Below, piece after piece: positions 52,773 to 64,000 of a stretch of 64,000 bases of DNA. How positions within the stretch are numbered: the stretch's first letter is position 1; every line of letters begins with the position of its first letter. The position numbers were made by a program, and so were the translations under genes. Source of the stretch: Octopus vulgaris (lineage: Eukaryota); NCBI GenBank assembly GCA_951406725.2, contig OX597838.1, forward strand, positions 43,958,001 through 44,022,000, given 5' to 3'. Below the pieces are notes generated by a model that was not told the origin of the DNA, did not search any database, and saw nothing but the letters and a program-made list of their open reading frames with translations.

Positions 52773-52806
52773 TTTAACGTTTCGAGCCTACGCTCTTCAA
52801 CTGAAA
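52773..52806 (-). ncRNA. Decayed minimal hammerhead motif
   Basis: Minus strand: TTT CAGTTGA A GAGC-GTAG-GCTC GAAA CG TT AAA. Same architecture as 7062-7096; a truncated copy is at 40035-40059. Confidence 0.5.
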
Positions 52807-52855
52807 GGAACACGAAGAAATAAACAGAAGAAAAAAAAACAGGACGTTCAAAAAA

Positions 52856-52922
<67 letters not shown>

Positions 52923-53514
52923 ATATACATGTCTATGTATATATATATGCAAACACATACACACACGTCTGTGTTTTTATTACCCGTGCTACATTCAAAT
53001 TCCTCCGCGGTCAACTTTGCTTTTCATCTTTTCCGAGTCGAAAAAAACAAGTACCAACTGAGCACTGGGGTCGACATTATCAACTGACTCTCTGCCAAAC
53101 CGAAATTGCTGGACTTGAGCCAACATTTGAAATCTATATCAAGGAATGAGTGATCATCGCACGAATGAGCTGAAAATGCGTCTATGTATGGTCGCGACCT
53201 GCGTATATACCTAAAACAATTTGCAAAACCGTCATACGTACTACCTGTTCATACGTCCCTATCATTGATGTCTACGACTTTATGGTACGCCCTTAATTAC
53301 ATTATCCCATGTGCCATTCCCAAGACTGGAATTCTAATGTGTTGAATTTCACGCAAAGTGGATTCCTTATGTGTATAAATATGCACTATATCGTATGACT
53401 TAATATATAGTTTTCTTGACTAATTTTTTTTGCACGTTAGACCACTGGAAATGTAAATTTTGATTGAATATTTTAATTTTAATTAAATTCCATTTCCCTT
53501 TGATATGATTAAAC

Positions 53515-53577
<63 letters not shown>

Positions 53578-53578
53578 G

Positions 53579-53637
<59 letters not shown>

Positions 53638-53747
53638 GTATATATTTGTATGTATATATATATATATAAACATCTATATATGTATATGTACATATATATA
53701 TGCACAAACAAGTTACTATTACTTTATATTTTATATCATGTATATAC

Positions 53748-53778
<31 letters not shown>

Positions 53779-53971
53779 CGTGTGCGCGTGCGCGTGATGG
53801 TATGTATATGTATACACACATACATATATATATACGTACAAAATGGATACAGACAGTATAAATCTATCCATGCGTGTATATATATATATATATATATATA
53901 CATATATATGTTTATATATATATATATATACATATATATGTTTATATATATATATATATATACATATATAT

Positions 53972-54017
<46 letters not shown>

Positions 54018-55069
54018 CTGTGTGCATGCGTATGTGTGTGTGTAGGTGTGTGTGAATCCATAAAAATTAGTAAGAGTCTTTAAAATAACCCGTTTTATTC
54101 ATAGCATTGTTATTTACAAGTATAATTAATTAAAAATTGTGAAGGAAAATAATTTTTATCCAATTTTTTTCCGTCACTTTAAAATATAAATTTCTTTTCC
54201 TTCTCCTTTACAAAATGCGTCATTTCATTTCATTTTATTTGATCTCATTTTAAAGTAGAGCGTAAAGCTGAGTGGACTGGAGCAACATAAAAAGAAATGT
54301 TTTATTCAAGAACACAATGTGTCACCCAGTCCAGGAATCGAAACCACAATCTTACGATCAAGAGTCTAACACCCTAACCATTAAGCCATGGGGCTTTTAC
54401 TTCTCACCCAGGTGACCCAGTCGGGGTTGATCACTTCCTGGCTACTGCTCGCTTAACTTTAACCATAGCGGCACTGACCCTTTCAGGGCTGGCACCTTCT
54501 GATCCACAGCCACCTTGGGAAATATATGCTACCTCCACCACCAACCTGATAGCCTTCTTCCTATTGAGTACTATGAGGCCAAGCATATTGTAAGCTCTCT
54601 AGAGGGGCAGGCCTGCAAACCCTCAGCATCCCACCTCAATGGGATCATGCTTTGCTCACCCCCTATTTCTTGGCTAGAAATCATGTTGTATCGATATTAT
54701 CTTCTCATTTCTAAAATAGTTCTTAGGCTGATAGATTCGATGGAAGTCATGAGTAAATCATTAACGTTATTTCTTCTTTATGTCCTCTTGGTCATTCGAA
54801 GTCCCACTTCAAAATTTGGCTAAGAAGCCGTCAACATGCGGTTTTGCTCTAATATACTCTAGTTGATCACCCATATATATATATTTTTCACATCTCGCCA
54901 CCTTCGCAGCTATGTTACTTTTTTTTTGTTTTCAACACTGTACTTTCCAAGATGCTCGTTAATCAGAGTGAGTAAAGCGCGAACAGATCTGCACTCACTT
55001 CATTTCATGCATTATCTGATGTCGTTCCAGCATTCATTCGGAGTGAATGATTAACGATATTTCTTTTGG

Positions 55070-55280
55070 CAAAGTGGTGATCTGGCAGAATCGCTAGCAC
55101 GCCGGACAAAATGCTTAGCGGTATTTCGTCCGTCTTTTCATTCTGAGTCCAAATTACGCCGAGGTCGACTTTGCCTTTCATCCTTTTGGGATCGACAAAA
55201 TAAATACCAGCTAAGCACTGGAGTCAATGCAATACTTACTCACTTTCCCGAAATTGCTGGCCTTGTGCCAAAATTTGAAA
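55070..55280 (+). mobile_element. Full-length family-B SINE
   Basis: GTGGTGATCTGGCAGAATCGCTAGCACGCCGGAC..CTGAGTCCAAATTACGCCGAGGTCGACTTTGCC..GCTGGCCTTGTGCCAAAATTTGAAA. More copies at 13230, 44620, 52990, 56905 and 57170. Confidence 0.75.
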
Positions 55281-58221
55281 TCGTAATTTCGTGTGGCACT
55301 TTATGTTCTCAGGCCATATCATGCCGAGATTAATTTTGCCTTTCAACCTTTCGTTGGCCAATAAAATAAAGTACCATTTCAGTAGCGGGGTCGATGCTAT
55401 CCACGAAGTCCTTTGCCTAGGAGTTGCTAGCTTTGTATTTATATTAATCGCCATTAACAAAAAAAGGGAAAGGCCCCAAGTATTTTTCATAGTAGGACGG
55501 CGGAATACTTAATTAAGTGAAATTATTTTTTTTACTTATATACGTAAATCCGAGAAATCCTATAGTTTTTAGAAAGAAGAATTATTTGAACACCAATTTT
55601 CTTTTATATAGCATCATTGTTTGCATCGTGTACAGTTGGGATCAGGAAAGAATTCTTACATATTTATTCTTAAAACGTGTGGGTTAGGGTCAGACGCGAA
55701 ATATGCTAATCGCTGTTAGTGTACGTGAAAGGACAAGAACTCTCTTTCATGACTGTAATGTGCTTCAAGAATTCTGCTCATTGGCGCAGAATACTTTGGG
55801 ACACCAGTTTCGACATATTGTATCTCAGCTGTCAGAATTACCCCGATTCTTTGTGTCTAACCAAACTGCCGGCCTTCGTTTATACTTTCAGCAAACAAAA
55901 TCTTTGCTGATTGGTGCTTATTTTATTTATCATATCATTAATAGGAAAAAAAAAAGGTGGGCGCTGTGCCGATTAAAAACCGAGTGGACAGCTTGCCATG
56001 TTTAATAAAATTAAGATTTCTTTTAATTGCTACAATTCTGAGAAACCAGAAGAATTCTACAGAAACACTTAATTGTTTGTGTTGCTGTTTATGTAGAGAG
56101 GACAGAATATTTTAGTAATAATTGTGATAAACATTTCTTGTTTGAATTCGGGAACCACCGAAGAGAGTCAACTCAGAAGAATTCTGAGCAGAATCAGCAT
56201 CAAATACTGGTTTTAAACCATGACCTATAAGTACACTCGACTACTTTGCTACTAAATCAGTCATTTTGGTATTAAAGATATGATTTTAATGATGTGTAAA
56301 CCAGATTAAACACTTATCACTAATCAAGTGTTCACCTGTCGCAGGTAGAGATCAAAGCCACATGATAAGGAGTAAATTAATTTGATCAGCAAATTAATTA
56401 GTATCTAATCGGATAGATTGAATGAAATAGTTAATTTGTCATGATTACCCATGAAACTTGTCTATATAATTGCTAAAATTTCTAATTAACAATGACGTCA
56501 TTAATATTCTTAATTACATATTAGCGAGTTTGGTAAAGCGTTTGATTCGCAGGATCATCATTTGAGTATTGGTAAAACGCCTTGCGGTAACTGTTTCCGG
56601 CCCTGGCGTCATGAGTTCATACCTTGCTGAAGTTGACTTTTTCCTACATCTTTCTTCTTCTTCTTCTTCTTCTTCTTCTTCTTCTTCTTCTGCTAATTAT
56701 GTTTTCCATCATTATCATCATCATCATAGTCGTCATCATCATGTTGCTCAACTATTCTCAGGTATTGAAAGGGAAGCAATAGGCTTCCTGTTTTTTACAT
56801 TCACCTCACCGGGGATGAGGTCATATTTTGCTTTGGCGCTATAACGATTCTGCCAGCTTGCCGCATTCTGAAGTCCTTGAAATAAATACCAGTAACATAT
56901 ATTGATTTCAAATTTTTGGCACAAAGTCAGAAAATTCGGGGATGAGGTATCGATTACATCGACGCCCGTTCTGATCTGGTACTTCTTTTATCGACTTCAA
57001 AACGATGAAAGGCAGTCAGCGTGGGCGGAAGTCGAACTCGGAACGTGAAGACGGATGAAATGCTGCTAAGCATTTTGTCCAGATCCACGCCTCACATATA
57101 TTGCCAATAACATATATTGTTGCCGGAATCGTTTTTAGGCCGGCCAAATTCTCAGTAGCATTTCCACTTGGAATTCCACCGAGGTCGACTTTGCCTTTCG
57201 TTCTTTTGAGATCGATAAAATAAGTAGCAGTTGACCATTGGGGTCGATTTAATGGACTTACCCTCTTCTGTGAGATTGCTAGCCTTGTGCTAAAATTTAA
57301 AATCAATATTGATAGCGATGAAAATATTGACGTTGCACCAAAGAAGCCAAAATGTGTGTCCATGCAACAAACAAGCTAATTGTATTTTGTTCTTATCCTA
57401 TCAACACTACAGCCTTACATTTAGGACAAGTTCTCTCAGCTATCAACAACGTAGATCATCTTGTTTTACGTAATAATATGTAATATGTAGTGTCTGAGAA
57501 ATATTTTAAGAAATCTCTTCATTTTGGCCGAATGCTGCTGACAGTGGCACATTTGCTCCAAAGTCTTGTAGTCTTCGCTTTAGTTAAAGAATCAGCAAAT
57601 ATGGTAGATTCCACGCAACCATCTCTGGTTCTTGATTGCATTTAGCGGGCATCATTCTATAACAAATATGACATTCCGGCCTGGACTCCTGTCTGAAGAA
57701 AATTTCCTCCTTCTCGCATCAATAATGGAGGTTAACTTCTTAAGATTATATCCTCGTTTGTTCTGTTCGACCCCAGAATCAACAACAGATGAAAGTTTAA
57801 AGCCAACGCTGGGATCCCTAAGTGCCTGTTTGACCTACTTCAAATAAAAGCAAAATTTCCTTAACCACCTCTGCTATTATCGTAATAAGTAAAGCAAAAG
57901 TAAAAAACACATTATGCAATGTAATCCTAGATACACTGTGCATAATAACATGAATTAGATTACTACTTTCGGAACATCCTTAATCACAGACCTACTGGAT
58001 CAATATTTAACAGGGGCTAAGAGACCCAAAAATTTTTAAAATAACACAACATTTACGGGAACAAGTCACCCTGACGTACAACAAAGTTAAAAGCACCATT
58101 CTGAAAGTGCCATCAATACTGAACAAAATTGTCGTATGCAAGATTCATCAACAGTTCCCTAACTTGAGAAAAAAAACAAACATTATCGATAATGTAATAT
58201 AATCGCTTGTCTTTCTCTCTC

Positions 58222-58266
<45 letters not shown>

Positions 58267-58773
58267 GGAAGATTATTTTTTGGGCATAATTTTTCTTTTA
58301 TGGCTGTCTTTGACAAATTAGAGTCCACAAGGAACAACGTTTACAAATATATGGTCTATGATGCAAGACGAATAAGATTTCGAAGAGGAGCCTTAAGTGT
58401 TTCTAAGATATCAGAATATTTATTTAATAAGAAAAACGAAAAAAATGAAACACAAACGTAGTTTAATGATAAAAGCTCAGTGATACTTGCCCCGGCAATA
58501 AACGTTGTCAAATAAGTTCTGCTACATTACACTCTTGTTTGAAATAAATGAAGAGATGAAAAACTATTAACTTCAAAATGGTGGATGTTATATTTTTGTG
58601 GTCACTAATTTGGTGGTACAAAAGAATTGGAACAATTAATTTGCGACATTACTCTGTAATGGCGAATAAATACATAGTATGTGTTTGTGTCTGTGGTTTG
58701 TGTTTCTGTATGTACGTATATATATGTGTCGTTGCGTAAATATATATCTTCATATATATATATATGTATGTAT

Positions 58774-58821
<48 letters not shown>

Positions 58822-59046
58822 CTGTGTGTGTGTGTGCATAATATATATCTTCATATATATATAAATATATGTATATATATATTGACGTATACATAGATGT
58901 TTATATGTTGGAATGTATATGCATATATTATGTCTGTATTCTCTCCCCACTCTCTCTCTGTATATATATATATATATATATATACATATCACATATATAC
59001 ATACATATATGTATACAAGCGCTTATATTTATGTACACACGCATGT

Positions 59047-59091
<45 letters not shown>

Positions 59092-59497
59092 GTGCAACTG
59101 CATACGTATATATGTTTGAAATGACGTATAACGGTTAATTAATTCTATGTTTTGTTTTCGCTTTCTCTGGCATCAGCCAAGGGGTTGTGTCCATGTCGAA
59201 ATAACTTATAGATTCAAATAGAAGCATAATAAAATATTCAGAGTTGTAAATTTAATTAAATAGTTATTTCTTTTGAAATTTAATATGTAATTTTCTTAAG
59301 AAGTTAATGTAGTTTGATGTAGAAATTACTAATGTTTCATGGTATTCACATACGTTTTCTTCCCAACAAAAGTACACACACACATTCGCACAGACTCACG
59401 CACACCAACACTCACAGAATCAAACACAGACATATATCTGATTACGTACGTTTGTATGCATATAGACATTATAGATAACTTTATGTGTGTATATGTA

Positions 59498-59545
<48 letters not shown>

Positions 59546-59574
59546 ATTGTACATATACACACATAAAGTTATAT

Positions 59575-60736
59575 ACTCTTTCTTTTACTTGTTTCAGTCA
59601 TTTGACTGCGGCCATGCTGGAGCACCGCCGGGACTTATTCTTTGTAAGCCCATCATCATCATCATTGTTCGACAGTGGTCGAGACAATGGAATTTACCAT
59701 GCTACGCCAGACTTCACGGTCCATCATGGCATTACGGAGGTCCTGTTGCTGGATGTCTGTATCCCTGGAGATTACATCAGGGTAGGAGAGTGTGCGCCCT
59801 CTGGTATTGCGAGTAGATGGCTTCCAGAGGAGAAGAGTAGAAATTACTTCTTTTTCAGCTCTACAACAATGTCCAGCAAACTGGACTCTCCTACCTTTCA
59901 CAAGAGATGACACAGGTGGTAGTTTCCCATATATTTGCATTTTGGTTGGATGGCGCTTCCACGAGAGATTTTGAGCTCTCATAAGGAGGCGAGTGTAGGT
60001 TCCATCCAACCGCCTCTCAAGCTTCTTTGATAACGTCCAGGTTCCTGAGCCATATAGTAGAATTGGTTCGACCGTGGCTTTGAAAATTTCAAGTTTGAAG
60101 TCTCTACTTAGATTTGATGACCAGATCTTATGCATGTCATTACAGGCTGACCAGGCCATACCCTTTCTAGTTAGAAAGTCTTTTCCAGATGATGATATGT
60201 ATGACCCAAGATATTTATAATCAGAAACCATATTTAAGGGCGCGTTGTTGAGAGTGTGGATGATGCAATCACTGTTGGACAGGCACTTGTTTATGTATTC
60301 AGTCTTGGCCTCATTGAGGTAAAGACCTACACAATTTGAGGCTTGTTCAAGAGATTGTAAAAGAGACTGGGCATTGGAGAGAGAATCACTGATAAGAGCG
60401 ATGTCGTCAGCAAAGTCGGTGTCTGTCAAGTAATCAGCTGGGTGTCTGGAACTTCTTCTTGGTTTTATTTCAAAGCCCTTGCCAGAGATGGTATCAACTG
60501 ACATACGTAGCACATAATCAACAACAATGATGAAAAGAAATGGGGCGAGTGTGTCTCCCTGCAGTATTCCGGCTCTGATTGAGAAAGATGATGTTGTACT
60601 GTTGTAAGCCCAGTACTTATTCTATCGGTCTCTTTTGCCGAATCGCTAAGTGACGGGGACGTAAACACACCAGCATCGGTTGTCAAGCAATGCTAGGGGG
60701 ATAAACGCAGACACACAAACACACACACACACACAC

Positions 60737-60780
<44 letters not shown>

Positions 60781-60928
60781 GACAGGCTTCTTTCAGTTTC
60801 CGTCTACCAAATCCACTTACAAGGCATTGGTCGGCCCGGGGCTATAGCAGAAGACACTTGCCCAAGATGCCACGCGGAAACATGTGGATGGTAAGCAAGC
60901 TACTTACCACACAGCCACTCCTGCGCCT
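59575..60928 (-). mobile_element. Family-A SINE split by the RTE insertion
   Basis: 59575-59651 plus 60602-60928 rejoin into a copy collinear with 63355-63743. Confidence 0.88.
59652..60601 (-). mobile_element. 5'-truncated RTE-group LINE with an uninterrupted RT C-terminal ORF, inserted in a family-A SINE
   Basis: GILQGDTLAPFLFIIVVDYVLR..DTDFADDIAL..YKYLGS..LLYGSGTW..FAGHC; (GAT)n tail; TSD TTGTAAGCCC at 59642-59651 and 60602-60611. Confidence 0.92.
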
Positions 60929-61120
60929 ATATATATAAATTCTATAATTATAAACATAATTATAATTAGGATTCAACAAAAATTTGCTTCACCACATTTA
61001 GAAATTTAGAAATAGCAGTTAAATACTATTCCGCTACCATAAGATATCTCCCAGTCAGTAATAGTCTCAACTCACGCAGGTAAAGAGAGAAAATAACGAA
61101 TCCACTCGGCTTTTATTAAC

Positions 61121-61182
61121 TATATACGCGTTTCTGGGTTAAAGAGATGTAAAATCATATTTTTACTCACTTATTCCCATCG

Positions 61183-61183
<1 letters not shown>
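61121..61183 (-). ncRNA. Hammerhead motif truncated within its core
   Basis: Minus strand: (TA)n-ACGA TGGG...CCCA GAAA CGCG TA TATAG. The CTG and 5' helix I are replaced by microsatellite. The downstream tail resembles the 8231-8326 arm. Confidence 0.6.
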
Positions 61184-61220
<37 letters not shown>

Positions 61221-61222
<2 letters not shown>

Positions 61223-61364
61223 CAAGCGGACCCTCAGAAGTGGTAAGTATCCAAGCGAGGTGTATACAGCAGGAAAAACCGGAGGCCACGGATATATTGA
61301 TTAACGATGTCCTTGGCCTGATATTTCCGCTTGGATATTTGCCACTTCTGATGTTCTGCTCGCT
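61221..61364. repeat. Long imperfect hairpin
   Basis: AGCAAGCGGAC..TCAGAAGTGGTAAGTATCCAAGCG / CGCTTGGATATTTGCCACTTCTGA..GTTCTGCTCGCT; inner stem AGGCCACGGATAT / ATGTCCTTGGCCT. Confidence 0.75.
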
Positions 61365-61620
61365 AAGAAACATATCTAGATCGGATCTCATATATTCTTA
61401 TATACTTCATTCCGTAACCCTTGTATTCTTTTTCGCATTCGCACACCCGGCAACCCTGGTCGCCCATCGTAAAATAAAAAAGAACTTTTTTCAGTTTACA
61501 TATTTCGATACGAAACAATTTCAAAACCTTCATCTCAATAAACCAATATTGACCCTGAAAGCTGTTTTAGTGCTTGAAGCTAACTTTCTCCCTATACCTT
61601 GATCCCTGGATCTTACATTG

Positions 61621-61651
<31 letters not shown>

Positions 61652-61775
61652 TGTATGTATGTATATAGATATATTTACACATACACACACGCGTATATAT
61701 ACACACATATATGTATATATACATGTGAAAATGGATACATATGTAAATAGGCATACACACCTGTAAGTACATATA

Positions 61776-61848
<73 letters not shown>

Positions 61849-61849
61849 G

Positions 61850-61886
<37 letters not shown>

Positions 61887-62035
61887 GTAAATATAAGAGA
61901 GCGACCACTATGTGGTCTACTCTAGCACTAAAAATAGATCCGTTGGGCTTCAGCCACATAAAAAATGTTTCCGATGAATATTAGCACAACTACTGGCGCA
62001 GACAGGGCAAATAAACATAACAAAAATTTTAATTA

Positions 62036-62126
62036 GTTCGGGACAATTGTTTCGCTATTAATAAATTAATAAATTATGTAATTTTACTCACATAATATAC
62101 CTTTATTTGTAGCTCCTCGGCCGAAC
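62036..62126 (-). ncRNA. Type-I hammerhead motif, U4C variant, long helix II
   Basis: Minus strand: helix I GTTCGG/CCGAAC; core CCGAGGA; helix II GCTA...TAGC with inner ATTATGT/ACATAAT; GAAA C-AATT-G TC, with palindromic ACAATTGT. Confidence 0.8.
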
Positions 62127-62911
62127 CCATTCAGAATACAATTAACTCGACCGCACGCTATACTTCACCACCACGACAAACGCACGTGCAGTCCAGCCAA
62201 TTGCATTCGTTGCTATAGTTTAAGTACCCCTGTCTTAGCCCGCCAACACTCACGGAAACAGATACTACATCCAAAATTAAATGTAGCATAGTTACAATAC
62301 GTATAAAATGTATGAAAATCCGGGTTTTATATGCACGAAGCCGCTTGGTGTTGAATGGATGTACTATTAAATTAGTATACAAATTTCTCACCCTCATTAG
62401 TTGATTATATATATATATGTATGTATATATATATATATACGTGCACACTCATAAACACACACGCACGCCCCTCCCCCCACATACAACATATATATTACCT
62501 AACGGAATCAGCGTTCTACGGGGAGCATGCGATCAGCGGATGTTATTACTGTCGCTTGATTTCCGTTGTCCATTGAAGTTAAACTGTAGTTTGAGGTAAC
62601 ATAATCAATTATATTGGAGGCCACGCAGTAGTGCGAGCCTAACATGATCGATAATTATATAAGAGGTCTCAGTGGAGATCCTACCAATAGAAACTTTTGA
62701 CAGGATCGATCAATGTCTTGTTTCGTTTCAGGTTTAATGACTTTGGAATAGAATAGAATATTGGACGCAAATTACACACAGAGTAACACGTATTTACATA
62801 CATATGCATACGGACACAAATCTACAACCAGTGGCGAACTCATATAAATATATGTACATATGTATGTGTATAAATATGTCCATATGTGTATGTGTGTATG
62901 TGTATATATAA

Positions 62912-62950
<39 letters not shown>

Positions 62951-63189
62951 TATATGAGAGACACCTACAGACGCTAACGCAGATAGGAATAATATTATTT
63001 ACACAGACTTACTGCCGCACAAATACGAGCCTCAAGGGACGTATTTGTGTCCATTACATAAACATGCTCGCACACACGTTCATACTGAGAGGCAAATATA
63101 TATGTGTATGTATGTATGTAACCCTATGTGTGTATGTGTGTGTGTATGTTTGAGTATGCGTGTGTATACTTATACATATATGTATGTAC

Positions 63190-63220
<31 letters not shown>

Positions 63221-63354
63221 ATAAAAAATTAATAAAAATCTGTAAATGTAAAACCATCCAGATTACTGAGTACCTTATTTCTACTAATATATAATACCTG
63301 TACATCACCTCCAAACCTTCTAATATAAATATACATATATATATATACTCTTTT

Positions 63355-63740
63355 ACTCTTTACTCTTTTACTTGTTTCAGTCATTTGACTGCGGCCATGC
63401 TGGAGCACCACCTTTAATCGAGCCCGGGACTTAATCTTTGTAAGCCCAGTACATATTCTATCGGTCTCTTTTGCCGAACCGCTATGTGACGGGGACATAA
63501 ACACACCAGCATCAGTTGTCAAGCAATGCTACGGGGACAAACACAGATACACAAACACACATATATATACATATATACATATATACGACGGGCTTCTTTC
63601 AGTTTCCGTCTACCAAATCCACTCACAAGGCTTTGGTCGGCTCGAGGCTATAGTAGAAGACACGGGGTGCCGCGCAGTGGGACTGAACCCGGAACCATGT
63701 GGTTGGTAAACAAGCTACTTACCACACAGCTACTCCTGCG

Positions 63741-63743
<3 letters not shown>
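63355..63743 (-). mobile_element. Full-length family-A SINE
   Basis: Reverse complement of the 33051-33445 organisation, with a (CTCTTTTA)n tail. Confidence 0.88.
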
Positions 63744-63802
<59 letters not shown>

Positions 63803-64000
63803 CCTTTCAGCGCAGACGTAAACGTAGGTGGACATAGCTAGTCATAAAAACAAATACGCACACCTACACGCAATTAAATACATCCATACTTATATTGTAC
63901 GAACACATACAGATCCCTACATGGCCGCACACATGTAATCCCACATGTGCTTCGACGTAGGCAGACGTTCATTCTATAGTATCAACCTCAGGTATATTAA

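Overview
This is an AT-rich, microsatellite-saturated eukaryotic window. The (TA)n/(CA)n/(TAA)n load and the SINE families suggest an octopus genome, but that is inference. I found no host protein-coding gene I can support, and nearly all ORF-track entries are translated microsatellites. The window is a mosaic of mobile elements. Retroelements: an R4/Dong element in (TAA)n, three Penelope-like element (PLE) RT/GIY-YIG remnants, RTE and CR1/L2-type LINE fragments, and many tRNA-derived SINEs. DNA elements: several Tc1/mariner copies (one full length), hAT- and Merlin-type MITEs, and a non-autonomous Helitron. The main hidden layer is RNA structure. About a dozen type-I hammerhead ribozyme (HHR) motifs from several unrelated repeat families lie between the microsatellites. 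They include compensatory variants of the catalytic 3-8 base pair (C3-G8, U3-A8, G3-C8). One PLE family carries a tRNA-derived Pol III-type head, a (TAA)n tract and an HHR directly after its endonuclease ORF, and that module also occurs without the ORF. All folds and alignments were done by eye, and boundaries are approximate unless a TSD or TIR is quoted.
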